Positions 24,454-36,152 of a DNA stretch of 64,000 nt are shown piece by piece. The notes under the pieces were generated by a model that did not search any database, was not told where the DNA came from, and worked only from the letters and a program-made list of their open reading frames with translations. The position numbers and the translations under genes are program-made. The DNA comes from Amoebophrya sp. A120 (Eukaryota > Protista > Dinoflagellata): NCBI GenBank assembly GCA_905178155.1, contig CAJINV010000002.1:5994476-6058475 (forward strand). Reading direction: 5' to 3'. The stretch's first letter is position 1, and each line of letters starts with the position of its first letter.

Positions 24454-27400
24454 TTAGCAATACATCCCGTTTCCCCTGGTCCCTGCAGTACTTCCGACGT
24501 TTGCGGAATCTTCAAACCGAAACTCCGAAACCCAGTTCGCAGCGGCTTCCGCGTCTTTCTCCAGCCGGTGACACTGCAGGAAGAAGTGCTGCAGCTGTGC
24601 CATCGACAGTTTGTTCGTCCCTAACCGTCCGCCGACCTCATTCCCAAACTTCTCCGCTGCGGATTGGATCTTCGCGTTCTCGGCCAGGATCTGCTTCTTT
24701 TCCTCTTCGGTCAGTTTGATTTCGTCCTGATGTTGTGCCGAAGAACTCTTGGAAGTAGCTGTTTCTTCGTTGAGAGCGGCTGCTTCTCGTTCATCTGCCT
24801 CCCCCGCGACGGCTCCACCGCCAAGGTAGTCCGACAAGTCCGTTTCCTTGTAAAAGGTCTTGAAGTACCGCGTCGCGACCTCTTTCCCGGCGGGCTTGAA
24901 CTCAATCTTCAGGTCGATTCGCCCGGGCCTGAGGACGGCCGGGTCGAGTTTCTCGGGGTGATTCGTCGTGAGAAACGTGATCAGGTTGTCCGGCGCCGCG
25001 AGACCGTCCAGCGTGTTCAAAAAGCCAGAGAAGGACAGGGCGGACTTCTGGTTGGAGTTACTCGCTTCGCGGTCGTGCGTTATCGAAAGGAAAAATCCCC
25101 CCTCGTCCCCATATCGAAACGAAGCTTCCGAGTCCGACGCTGGATCTGTGTACGCGAATCAGCTTTGTATTGCAGGAAGGCACTGGGGCCAGATCGATCC
25201 CCAGTCTAGGTCGGGGCGTTTGGGTCTAGTTGCTCAGCATTGCAAACGGCTGCCCTTTAGGCCCGACAGCGTGACAGATCGGCTCCATAATGGGGCGGAA
25301 GCTTCTGCTGCTGCCTTCTTGCAAGACGAATGTGATTTGTGGCCACAAATCAGCAACTCAAATTTTCGGAAACATACCTTTTCGATATGTTGGGGAGGGG
25401 GATTTTTCATCACAATATGCGTGAACATCGAGTCTACGTCCTCCATCACGAGCATCGCGGACAAGGGCAGATATGCTCTGCAAAAGCAACGCACTCGTAC
25501 TGTATTCTAATTGCTGTTATGGATTACAAATCTTCGTCCTGAGGTCAATCAGCATTACAAATTTTTTTTTTTTTTTTTTTTTTTTGCAAAGAGGGGCGGA
25601 TCGCGGCCCTTTTTAGACGGGCTAGCCAGGCTACGGAATCATCATCACTACAATGAAAGAGAAAACTAGAGAAAAAATCTATTGACCCCCCGGATTCGAT
25701 GCCTTGCGGCAGTTGCGGACGCACGGACTGTACCTTTCAAACCCGACCGCATAGGACGCGCCCGCGTATGGAAGACAACTGCAGCTTTGGCTTCTTGTTT
25801 ATGAATTGTTCTATTCACCGATAGGAAAGAGCACCGGATCTGCCGGGGCCTGGCAGCCAGGCCTACAAAGACTATGCAAGAGCCCCCGCACTACCGCACT
25901 ATCTTGGTAGAGCAATTCGCAAACTCTGCAAAGCGCAGCGATGTTCTATATATCCGCGCCGGTTGTTGGTCTTGTCTGGTCTCCTCGTCGGTACCCTGAC
26001 TTGCCCTCTTCCAGTGTCTCTTGCCCTTACAAAAGTCGCATGCTGATTGGAGTTGTAATGCAAATCAATAGCACAGGTGTCCGCGCGGCCGGCGACTCAA
26101 GCGCTTCAAATAAAAACTACATGTCATTGCCCTCTATGAGCGTCTGGCAGCTGCACGAAGACCCCTTTTTTACTCGGCAATCGAGGCGCATCCGCTGTCC
26201 CCCCATAGGGTCAATGAATGTAGGCAACCCAATCATCATGCTTTCTACCAAGTCCAGTCTACTGCCTGTGGCTGTGGGCCTTCATGCATATGAGACAGAG
26301 TCAAGCCCGAGTATTTGGAGTATGCAATATCTTATCCCCGAAAAAAAAAATATAGTACTGCTACTTGTTTTTGGAGAATGAGTCATCTTCAAGGATGCAC
26401 CTCCTCATCGATGAGGAGGTGCTTGCATCCTATTCTTTTCCTTTCTCTTTATTTGGTGCCTGCTTATCCATACAAAAACATGTCACACAACTTACAACCA
26501 ATCGCAGGAAATGACGAAAGTAACGCATCGCAGAAGAGGGTCATGTGAGTGTATCTGTATCTTACACCGACCTGTAAACGTAAAACGATGACCGATTTTT
26601 TCCCTTATCATTCACGACCCTATGATCTACCCTACGAATTCCGTCAGATAGTAGTACCTCAACTTCAACAGATTTCATTGGCGTCCACTGTTCCCTCTGC
26701 GCCAAGCAGATATCAGTGGCCGACTTCATACGATCACGCGGCCTATAATAGCCAAAAAAAGTGGTCAAATTCCATTTCACATGCTGAGGAAATTTGTAAA
26801 TTGCAATTACTACTAGTACGATACTTTTGCAGGTCATAGCAGACCTTCCATCGCCATCCGGAACGTATCGTCCGTCATCTGGGGCGACACCTGAAGAAAC
26901 GCCAGATTGCGCTCCAGAAAACCGGCCAACGCGTAGATCAGAGAGGTTTTCTATGCAATGTAAATTTCCCGTACATGTACAAAATGCATGACAAATTTCG
27001 CTAACTTGCAGTGTCCAACCTGTCATGCTAGACTAGGATTGAAGGCAAGTTTTGTCATGGAGAGACTGCATTTGTACGTGTACCGGAAATTTACTGTGGA
27101 TATTTTCCCCGCACCGGGCGGGCCGTGGAGGAGGTAACACCTAACAATTTGTTGAAATCAAAATAAGTAACGTTAATACGAATGATAAATGGATCACGAT
27201 GATCAAGCGATTGGTTCGGTCGAGGGGAAATAAAGAAAGACCATCCACCAATCATGCTTCGGTATAGTTATACGATGATCACCATGGTTTGATGTGTTAA
27301 TTCAATCATCGGCAGCACCTGTGGTAAGGGATCCCGTGCTCCTTATAAAACGCCCGCGTTTCATCCCTTTCAAACCAGCTGAGATCATCAAGCAGCAGTT

Positions 27401-29311
27401 TCTTCATCTTCTCCTCTACCACTACTGAGTCCATACTCCGGGCCCACCGCCGCGCCAACGGAATCCAGTAGCGCGCGTTCAGGTCAAATCGCCACATAGA
27501 AACTTGGTTCTCCTTTTTCTCTTGGGAATCGGACAAAAACAACTTGCACAGGTACAACAAGGCGAAGCTGGCGGAGCAGGTGTTCTCCTTGATTCTGTCC
27601 TCTTGCTTTTTCGTCCTGGCAAGGGCACTCAGACTCTGGTCCATCAGCGGCGCACCGCCGTGGGATGCAGATAACTCCTGCTGTTTCCTTTTCTCCTCCT
27701 CTTCGAGCTGCTCTATACTGGCTTTTAACCTGTCCGTGTTCGCCGTCCGTTCGCAGAAGAGGACAATGTTTTTCAGCACCGCCGGAGTGCCGCGCTCACT
27801 CGCAACCGGCTCGCCGATGCGCTGCTGGACCAAAGTGATGGGGACCTGCGGAGGAGGAAGGTAATTCTATTTTTGATGCTGACCATCTATCGTTTGACTT
27901 TGAGTAGACCAGCTGCACTCAGTAATATCGAGCAGAAGCAAGCTGTAGGTATAGAATGTGATATTGGACACATCAGCAACAACCGCCAGAAAATTTACGT
28001 GCCAAACCTGTACCCTTATTGAGCTGGTCACTTCCTTTTCTTCTGCCGCATCTTGCGTCCCCTTCTCCTTTTCGTCGGCTTTTTGCTTTTTTAGCGCTGG
28101 CGGTTCCACAGGCTTATCCTTTTCTTTCGCATGATCCTGCTCCAGATGAGCGACATTATCTCTAGTTGTGCCTTTATTTTCTTCTTTGCAACTATTCGGC
28201 CTGCTCAGTTTGTACTCGAAACTGAAAGAGTGCCATCCCAGGCCCAACTTCGGGTGCGGCAGTTCATGACCTGCTCAAACGTTACAATCTCAAACGTTAC
28301 AATAGAGTTTGGAAATCTGTGATGCAAGAAGTGCATGACCTAGCCAAGTCTCATAGGACTGCGCATGACAAGTTCCGAAGTCCCAAACCGCACTACAATA
28401 TGCCGAAACTTGTGTTACAGAAAGTGGAATGGTCTGCGAGTCTGTCATGCTCATTATGCAAGACAAGAATCTATTGTAACAAGACAAATCCCAGATGAAT
28501 CTATTGCAACGCTTGAGATTGTAACGTGTGAGCAGGTCATACAGTTTCGGTTCGTCTTTTACCTTTTTCTTTTTCGCTCCGCCACTCCCCGTCGTCTTCC
28601 CCGAGCTTTTCATGCCCCGATATCACACAGAAAAAAGCTGGCAGGTCATATTTGTAATGCAAAAATAAATTGACAAAAAAATTTGTATTGCATATCCGAA
28701 ATAGCATGCTATGAGGCCGCCCATGACAGGTTTTTTTGTGTATTTATTTTTGCATTACAAATATATTCTGCCACCTTTTTTCTGTGGGATACCCGACTGC
28801 CCGCGCCGAGACCGGACCGGCCGGAGAAGAACAGGGAAACCTCGTCGAACATAGTGTCCGGCCCCTTGCGAAAGTGGTCGGGTTGCGCGCGGAGCGAGTT
28901 AGTTTTGTGCTTTTCGGAATTGTACTCCAAATGCTTGGAAATGTAGTCCACGGCATAAGTCCACAACGCGTCCCCGGAAGTGATCTCGAGAAACACACCG
29001 GACTTTGGTGTATTTTCATTTGTACTATCACACTTCTTCTTACTCGCCTTCGCCGCACTACTTTTATTAGCCGCAGCAGTAGCACCAGCACTAGAACTAG
29101 CACTAGTTCTACTATCGAAGAAGTTCATCATGGCCGCACCTACCGGTGGCGTCGGGTCGTATCCGAGATTTTTTACCGCTTCCTCCAAGTCGAACGGTAG
29201 CGAAGAAAACGGCATTTCCCGCTTGGACTTCATCGAGGCCGGCATCAGGTCCTGCAGTGGGGCTTGAGCAGGCCCTCCAGGGTGATGCTGGGCGATGGTG
29301 GACTCGGGCAT
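24454..29311 (-). CDS. BCS1-like AAA+ ATPase (8 exons: 5 introners plus canonical GT-AG introns 27141-27318 and ~27846-28007)
   Basis: Spliced product contains [50 protein letters not shown] and FLTTNHPEKLDPAVLRPGRIDL, the BCS1-family signatures. Confidence 0.9.
25081..25417. mobile_element. Introner, family D
   Basis: TIR tat....gaaaaatccccctc. Perfect TSD tgcgt. Removing 342 nt gives DVDSMFTHDREASN. Confidence 0.9.
25472..26838. mobile_element. Introner, family B, enlarged by a nested 1.2-kb insertion
   Basis: Ends tatgctctgcaaaag.. / ..cttttgcaggtcata. Perfect TSD gcaga. Removing 1372 nt gives AMEGLPLSAMLVMED. Confidence 0.85.
25564..26765 (-). mobile_element. Poly(A)-tailed retroposon-like insertion nested in the introner
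   Basis: T24 run at 25562-25585. Flanking duplication caaatt (25558-25563 / 26766-26771). Removal regenerates a 159-bp family-B element. No RT ORF seen. Confidence 0.7.
26952..27102. mobile_element. Introner splitting the Walker A motif
   Basis: TIR tat(g/c)ca..gtaaatttcc.gtaca.gtacaaa. Perfect TSD ttttc. Removing 156 nt gives GPPGAGKTS. Confidence 0.92.
28265..28541. mobile_element. Introner, family A
   Basis: ~41-bp TIR atgacctgctca.acgttacaatctcaa.cgtt.caataga (left terminus CAT). Perfect TSD cagtt. 282-nt in-frame removal. Confidence 0.92.
28621..28791. mobile_element. Introner with ~50-bp TIR
   Basis: TIR tatc.cacagaaaaaag.tggcag...atatttgtaatgcaaaaataaat. Perfect TSD cccga. Removing 176 nt restores the frame. 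Confidence 0.92.
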
Positions 29312-30312
29312 TTGGAATTCGAAATAGGACACTGGTGACACCCCGAAAGACAAAACACAAGTAAAAAATATTTTTCACAGATGGCTGATCGCGTTCGCAG
29401 AGACAGAGAAATCTAAAGTTGTCTAATAGATGATGTAGATCATTCCTGAACTAAAAAATTGAAGCGACAAATAAACAGAAAAGTTTGCTCCGTCGACAAG
29501 AAAAAGCTTGCACCTGCCTGGCATGTGATACTTACAGTACGAGAATTAGGGTACCTAACGACGAGGATCGCTCAAGCTAACGCAACAACACGAACAGAGC
29601 AACCAAAGGCAGAGCATACGTCCAAAACGTGGTGATGATCTCCTTTATCAGAAAGCTGAACGAAACTACGTCGCGGGAACATCAATCTCCTTTGTCAGAA
29701 CGGGATTTTCAACCATGGAGAACATAAATTGCTTGTGTGCAACAGGAGCTGTTCTTGAAAAAGACAGTGGCACTTATCATCTTCACGTCTTCACAGGTGA
29801 TATTCAACAAGCACGAGGCAGAAGGCGCAAAGAGTAGACCACCAACTTAAATTGATAGCTGGTCTGCTGTTTGCTTCGGCCTCCTGTAGTCGGCCCACCT
29901 ACGGTGCAGTGTTTCGCTGTCTGTTCACCACGACACGTGGCGTCCCTTCGCTTTTTTCTACTTTTTTCCGGTCGTAGCTCTCTGCTTTGGCCTCTACGTA
30001 TTTTCGCTTTTTTCCGCCTGCTCCTCTGTCCGGTTGAAAAACGTGCGCCCTCCCAAAGCTCAACATGCGAGTTCTGCGTATAGCAATTCAAAAACTTAGC
30101 GCACTCTACACGACGAACCTATAGACGCAGTGTAGTCGCGCGCAGTTATCAAAGCCGCAACGCATGAAATCAGACTTCGCGGAAACGAGCTGATTTAGAG
30201 TATAGCGGATTTCATCAAAAAACGCTTGACAGAAGGTAGACGCCACCGCAAGAGAACCCGCATGAACCATTCGCTGGGCATGCAGACTTGCATGTTGACC
30301 AATGAATACGCT

Positions 30313-32236
30313 TTATTTTTTACGCAGGATAATAGGACTCTTCAGATTCTGCAATCGGTCCACATATGTCTGATAGCTTGTCCCGTACAGCCAATCAAAA
30401 AGTATTCATAGCAAATATGTCTGGGGATGGAAACAAGATGCAGCAGATTTGGTTTGCAAATTCATCTCGTGGGTGTGTTTCTCAACACGGCTCATTGCAG
30501 TAGTTCATACCCTATCTATGTAAAGCGACCCTGTTCTCCGTCCTTCAATGTCGATGAGAAAAAACGAAGAACATACTCGCAACGCCGCTTCTTCCACATA
30601 TGCAAATCTCGCACCAATAAATTAAAAACCCAGACCACGACCCAGACATATTTGTACTATGCATAGAGAAACCCAGCGTGCCAAAGTCCACCCTCACCAG
30701 CCGGTGATGCTCATCGTGCGCCTTGGTCCGGGATTCCAGATTGTATCCTGAGTGCCGCTATGCAATGCAAAAGTATGAGCATATCGCATTTGTGAACATT
30801 GCATGACATTTCACAGATTCTTTATCTTTTGTTTTTCCAAACGTAAAAGGTTGTCATAGTCATGGTGGAGCAGGTGCCAAAATGAAATTTGCAATGCTAT
30901 ATTGCGATCAATGCAACGAGTTACGTAGATAACTTTATTTGCAATGCTTAGCTGCTCGACATAGCATAGATATCATATATCAAACCGGCTGTACGAGTCG
31001 CTTTTTGCAAGATTTTATCTGTACGACATGAGATCGTGAACGACCTGCAAAAATCTTGAGTATAGTACAAGTACGATAAACTTTTGCAATTGGTAGGTGT
31101 AAAGTCACGGAGCTGGTCCCGAGAAAGAGCCAAAGCATCAATACCAGGCAGTGCATGTCCATGAAGGCCACGGGGCCGGCGAGAACCGGAATTAGGAGGA
31201 CCGACTCCAGTGGATGAAAGTACAGTGCAGAGGCGTATACGCGTGCAAAACATTTCTAGGGGCCCCCTTTTCGGAAAATCGGCCCGAATTCGAAACAGAT
31301 TGTCTACACAAGTAATTTTTCATGGTACTAGGACCAGAATACGACGGCCATCAACTCCGAACATCTTCTTCACGGCCTGAATGTGGCTCTCCTATAAATA
31401 TCTGTAGCTGATGAGGTGGTTTGGGATGGTTTCCTCTTGCACGTTTGCATGACAAGAAATCCAGGGTGGAATGAGAAAAGACGGCCAGTTTTGCAGCATG
31501 TTTCCACGGATAAAAAGGCCACCGGGTTGAAGATCTCATGGTGCTTCTTGTGGACTTTCTTGTACAGAAACGGGACTCGATGCAGCAGATAGTGGCAGTG
31601 GTAGAAGTAGAACTCGGCAAAGGCGGCGCAGATGGCGATTTGCGTCGCAAATTCGAAAATTGTCTTTGGAAAGGTTTTGTCGAAATCCACCATGTCTTGC
31701 ATCCTGTTTCTTGTTGACTCTGTTGCTCCTGCAGTACCTGTCGTTCGCGGCCCCGCTGGAGCCGCACCTCCATTGTCGACGAATAACCGGAGCAGGGCGA
31801 AGCCAGCAAGAGGGTACACGGTGAGCAGCTGGAAAAAAACGTAGCGGAAGATCTCCAAATGCTTTCGCAACGAGACCGGCTTGGCGTCCGGCTGGCATTT
31901 CCAAGCTTGAATTTGCTTCTCAGAGCGGAACAACGGGAAAATGCAGAATTCGAGGGCAAAAAACAAAAAGGACCAGAAGAGATACGTTAGCGTAAACGTC
32001 ACCAGCGGGAGAAACAGAACCAGGAAGTAGTGCTGAAGGGTAGTTGTAGCAGGAGTGGAAGTTTTATTTATGCTGGCGCTGTAGTAACTATTCGCTGTGA
32101 CCGTGATACTGCTCTTTAGACTTACACTATCGAAGGTGGAAGTTTCCTGCAACAACCTTTCCCACCACTCTTCAAGGGGGAGAAGTAACATGTCGGGCAG
32201 CGGGGGAAAGGACAAAATATCTGCGACTGACAACAT
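30313..32236 (-). CDS. Fatty-acid hydroxylase/sterol desaturase superfamily protein (FAXDC2-like), 4 exons
   Basis: Spliced His boxes HYLLH, HKKHH, LYFHPLE, HSGY, HDEHH and FGTLGF.DWLYGT. Confidence 0.88.
30403..30665. mobile_element. Introner related to 11530, TSD decayed
   Basis: TIR tat(t/g)catag..caaatatgtctggg. Removing 268 nt gives GTLGFxDWLYGT. Confidence 0.78.
30759..31095. mobile_element. Introner, family B-like, possibly compound
   Basis: Ends tatgcaatgcaaaagt / acttttgcaattggta. Removing 342 nt gives VTLHHSGY. Second internal end at ~30950. Confidence 0.7.
31236..31512. mobile_element. Introner, degenerate
   Basis: Ends tatacgcgtgcaaaacat / atgtttccacggata. Removing 282 nt gives NPVAFSALYFHPLE. 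Confidence 0.75.
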
Positions 32237-33169
32237 GGCACTCGCAATACCTCTTTAAGCAGATGTGAATAAATTGGCCGTGTCTATCAAACTACCAGCG
32301 ACCGACTCGTCGCTTTATTTCGACAACCGAACCTCCTGGTAGAGTAAAGCGGCATATTGTATTGCTGGGGTACCGTGACTCGAGTGGGGGAAATAGTCGG
32401 AGTCAACTGCGTTCTTCTAGCTGACCATAGTTGCTCACTTTGGAAATTTTTGCACGACATGATGGTCGAAAAATGGCAGTGGTGCCTTTTTACTAGCACA
32501 AAAACCTACTGAAACAGCTGGCCGCTGGCAGCAGAAACGACAGGCAAGGCTAGTACAAGTAGAACGAAGTAGTAAAATCTTCGAGGCGTCAAAAATAAAA
32601 AATCTCATGATTTCAATTACCGCAGAGCTTCTCGACCGACGAAAAAAGGCGTGCTATTTCTGTATACAAGAACAACTTTGACTTGTGCGAAGGGCGCTGC
32701 TTGCTAGAAATACGACACTACTCACTTTGAAACGTGCTCCTTAGTGCAAAAAAGGCGTCAACCGATCATCTTTTCGACATCATCTTCTGACTTTCGGTTC
32801 TACTAGCAGCCGAATGACGTCTAGCGCGACACACAGCAAAGGATAAGGAACACCAAAACCACGTAGAATTATACTTACAGAGTAGAGCGTGAGTTTTTCA
32901 AACTCTTTTATTTGCTACACTGGAGTACCGGTTCTGTAGTTTTCTTTACTTAGTCCGGTACCGGTGACAGTACCCGGATGAAGTCGTTCGCGTTCGCCAT
33001 TTATTATGCATTTCGTGTCGCTTGTCGAAAAGGGAAAGGAATTCGTCCTGAATCATTCTCAGAATCAAGATCTTCATTTTCAGCAATGTCGTTGTCTTTC
33101 AGAAATGATCAAAATCTGCAAATACGAACAGAAATGACCATCACATCGCATCCGCCCTGCCCAGACAAC

Positions 33170-35185
33170 CTAGGCTCCCCCTTCAGACGCGGCCAACGTG
33201 AAAGCAGTAGAAGTCGAGGAAGGGTTTCCTTTCGCTACCTTGATGTCGAGCACGCTCCCGTCCATTTCATGGGTTCCGTTATTGGGGTTTCGTGGTGCAA
33301 AGGTGCTATTACACATCGGAGTGGTAACATCATTTCCACCAACATGCTGTACAAGTACAACATCCCCTTCATGCTCCGATCTGATGTGGTCGCCTCCCGT
33401 TCTAGGCCCAGAGGAATCTCCCCCGGCAGGACCAGGACCACCTTCAGCAGCTGGTGGTAATATTTCCGTTCTAGCACAACATGCACTTGTAGTTTTCTCT
33501 GCAGTGGCCCAGCAGGTGTTTTTCTCCTTTCCCGAACGGGAAGAGATCATGGGCTCTATGAGGAAGATCTCGAATGATTCCACTTCCGTTGTTGTATTTT
33601 CGGCTTCTAGTACGTCAGTCGTTCTTCGGGAACAAGCTGGTATGGTTTTAGTACTTGATCCAGTTTTTCTTATTTCCTTGTCCTGATCGACGCCGACGCC
33701 AACAAGCTCAGGCTCTTTAATACTGGGCAGCTCTTTCTTCAACCGAAACAGAACGTTTAGGTGATCAAAGTAAAACGCCCAGACACTGCGCTGCTTTTGC
33801 TGTTTTTTATTTCGCTTGTGCTGTTGGGTTCGAATGTCCATGGAAACCACTTCCGTGATGGCTTTTTTCAGGTCGGCAACGTCGGAGTAAATGTAGTTGT
33901 CGTGCGAGAACAACTTATTCGAGGAGGACCTAGTACTTGATCTACTACAATTCGTGGTTGAAGATACACTGGTCGTGCTGGTGTTGGTGCCCGTTTTACA
34001 TGTAGAAGTGTCCCCGCAACTTGTTGTTGACGTTATAACATGTTGTGGTTCTTCTAGTACTTGGAGATCATGTTGAGTCGGCTTGGGCTTTCGCTTTTGG
34101 ACCAGCTCGTGCAACTGTGTTACAGCTTCGTCTGTCCACTGCACCGCCTTACTTTGCTGCTTTTTCAGGCACCAACTCGGGTAGTGGGATACTGACACGG
34201 AAGCTGGTGGAGATGCAGGTCTTCTTACTTCTGAAGTTGTAGTGGGCGCAGCGCTAGAAGTTGTACAGCTACTGGCGGTAGAAGTACCCAAAGCAGCATC
34301 TGCGCCAGCGCACGAACTTGAGGCAGTAGTTCTTTCCTCACGTATTACCTCCGCCGGTACAGCAGCCCTGCTACTGCTGTCGTCCACTTTTCGCCTCTTC
34401 ACGGTAACTTTCTCTACAAAAGTCTTGGCGGTTTTTGTGTAAAAGTTGTTGGCGCCTCCATGATCCCCAGTTCTACACGACCTATCATGCTGCTGCAATT
34501 CCCCTTCCTCCACCTCGTCCGTAGAAGTGGGACCACCTCCCCCGCTGCAGTTCAAGAACTCCGCTACCGGCGCCGCGTCCAAGATGTGATAGGGTTTCAA
34601 ATCGACAATGAACGTCTTGTCCACGACATCCGCACCGGCAACGATCACGGTCCGCCCTTCGATCCTCTCGATCCGCATCACCGTCATGCCGATGTTATTC
34701 GGACGGTGCGGAGCGCGGGTCGCAAACACTCCCGACGCGTCGCCATCCCCCAACCGCGGCGGCTTCACACAGGCCTTGCTAGGTTTGGATCTTGCTGCTG
34801 CTGTTCTTACGGCGCTTGACGGCACGGCCGCGGAGGGTGCAGCGGGAAGAACGACGAGGTCCGCTCCTGGTTCAACGGCTGCATGTTTTTCACCTGAAGA
34901 TCTTCCTGGTAGCTGCTGCCCAGCACCGGGTGGTTCAGACCCAGCACCGGCCACCGTGATTGCGTTCTGTTTTTGCACTTTCTCCTTTTGCTCATTCCGA
35001 TCGAACAGAAACAACACCCAGACGTGCGAAAAGTTTTCCAACCCGCGCAGGTAATCCGGCGACAAATCGCTTTCCAGCTCGATCCGGCCCTTCACGCTTT
35101 CACAGCAGCCCTGCCGCGGGCAACCGAAACAGGAGTGGAAGGGGGAGTGGAAGGTCGCCACACGCCGGAAAGTCACTTCGTTCAT
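33170..35185 (-). CDS. TRMO: tRNA (adenine(37)-N6)-methyltransferase TrmO/TsaA-like
   Basis: FHSPF..CFGCPRQG, LRGLENFSHVWVLFLF, VKPPRL, GVFATRAPHRPNNIG, GADVVDKTFIVDLKPY. Confidence 0.88.
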   Translation of the reverse strand: MNEVTFRRVATFHSPFHSCFGCPRQGCCESVKGRIELESDLSPDYLRGLENFSHVWVLFLFDRNEQKEKVQKQNAITVAGAGSEPPGAGQQLPGRSSGEKHAAVEPGADLVVLPAAPSAAVPSSAVRTAAARSKPSKACVKPPRLGDGDASGVFATRAPHRPNNIGMTVMRIERIEGRTVIVAGADVVDKTFIVDLKPYHILDAAPVAEFLNCSGGGGPTSTDEVEEGELQQHDRSCRTGDHGGANNFYTKTAKTFVEKVTVKRRKVDDSSSRAAVPAEVIREERTTASSSCAGADAALGTSTASSCTTSSAAPTTTSEVRRPASPPASVSVSHYPSWCLKKQQSKAVQWTDEAVTQLHELVQKRKPKPTQHDLQVLEEPQHVITSTTSCGDTSTCKTGTNTSTTSVSSTTNCSRSSTRSSSNKLFSHDNYIYSDVADLKKAITEVVSMDIRTQQHKRNKKQQKQRSVWAFYFDHLNVLFRLKKELPSIKEPELVGVGVDQDKEIRKTGSSTKTIPACSRRTTDVLEAENTTTEVESFEIFLIEPMISSRSGKEKNTCWATAEKTTSACCARTEILPPAAEGGPGPAGGDSSGPRTGGDHIRSEHEGDVVLVQHVGGNDVTTPMCNSTFAPRNPNNGTHEMDGSVLDIKVAKGNPSSTSTAFTLAASEGGA

Positions 35186-36152
35186 TTTTGTCTTTTATAA
35201 AGTGCGTGATAAGGATCTCATCTGAATGATATACAGCGTCGACGTAAGTACCTCCTAAGACGAAATACAGAAACAGAAACAGCACGGAGACGGACGTGAG
35301 GGCGTCAATAGAAAGCCGGAGGAAAAAAACAAGTACAAGCAGTCTAAAAAGCATATAAAGTCGTGTCTCGAAGATAAAGCTCTGACGATGTTCGCTGTTG
35401 TGAGTGCATCGGCGGCGCGAATGAAAACGAAATCATAATCAACATATACTGTTTAATAAACTTTGTGCTCTGGCGATCAACATCCGGAATGACACTCTAG
35501 AATCTTAGGTTTAGGACCATGCGCCGGGGGATTGCTTGGGAACAAGAAAAACACCAGATCTTGCTTTTGTATGCATTTCTTGCGCCATTCGATCGCAGAG
35601 AAATTTTCGAAAGTGAATAACGGGGGAATTACTTACTCCTTCCAACATTTTGATCGGTGGTTGCCGTCCGAATCTGATTCGGATTTTTGCGGTATCTTGT
35701 CTCGCTTGCTTCGTGCTGAGGATCATTTTCATAGATCTCCGACTTGAGAATCCTGAGAGGATAGAATTAGAATTTTAATTTCGAGCACAAGATAGAAGCA
35801 GCTCCCGGCATTTTTTGCGATAGTGCTCTGGTTCTTACATTCGGCTATGCAACTACTTGAAACAAAATCCTTCTCTTCAACATCAGCACGTGAAAGCTTT
35901 CAGCTTTGGAAGAACCACTAGCACTAGAAAAAACCACTCGAGGTGTCAAACTTCCCTGTTGCCGGTCGCGTGCAGCTCTTGGTCCCCTGCACAGGATGGG
36001 CCACGTGGGAGTATGTTGGTTCCCAGAACAACTATGGCAAAGTTCAAATTGTCGATGAGGAACGGTATCTAAAATGGTCTTAGCAGCGGCCAGAGAAGTA
36101 CGTTTTGGATGAGTACTTTGGGCGGGATGAAAAAACAAACTCCGGCATCACA

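Noticed and set aside
25621-25637. Minus-strand ttccgtagccctggct resembling the dinoflagellate spliced leader
   Set aside because: Only a partial match with an internal gap, and it sits at the 3' end of the insert rather than the 5' end.
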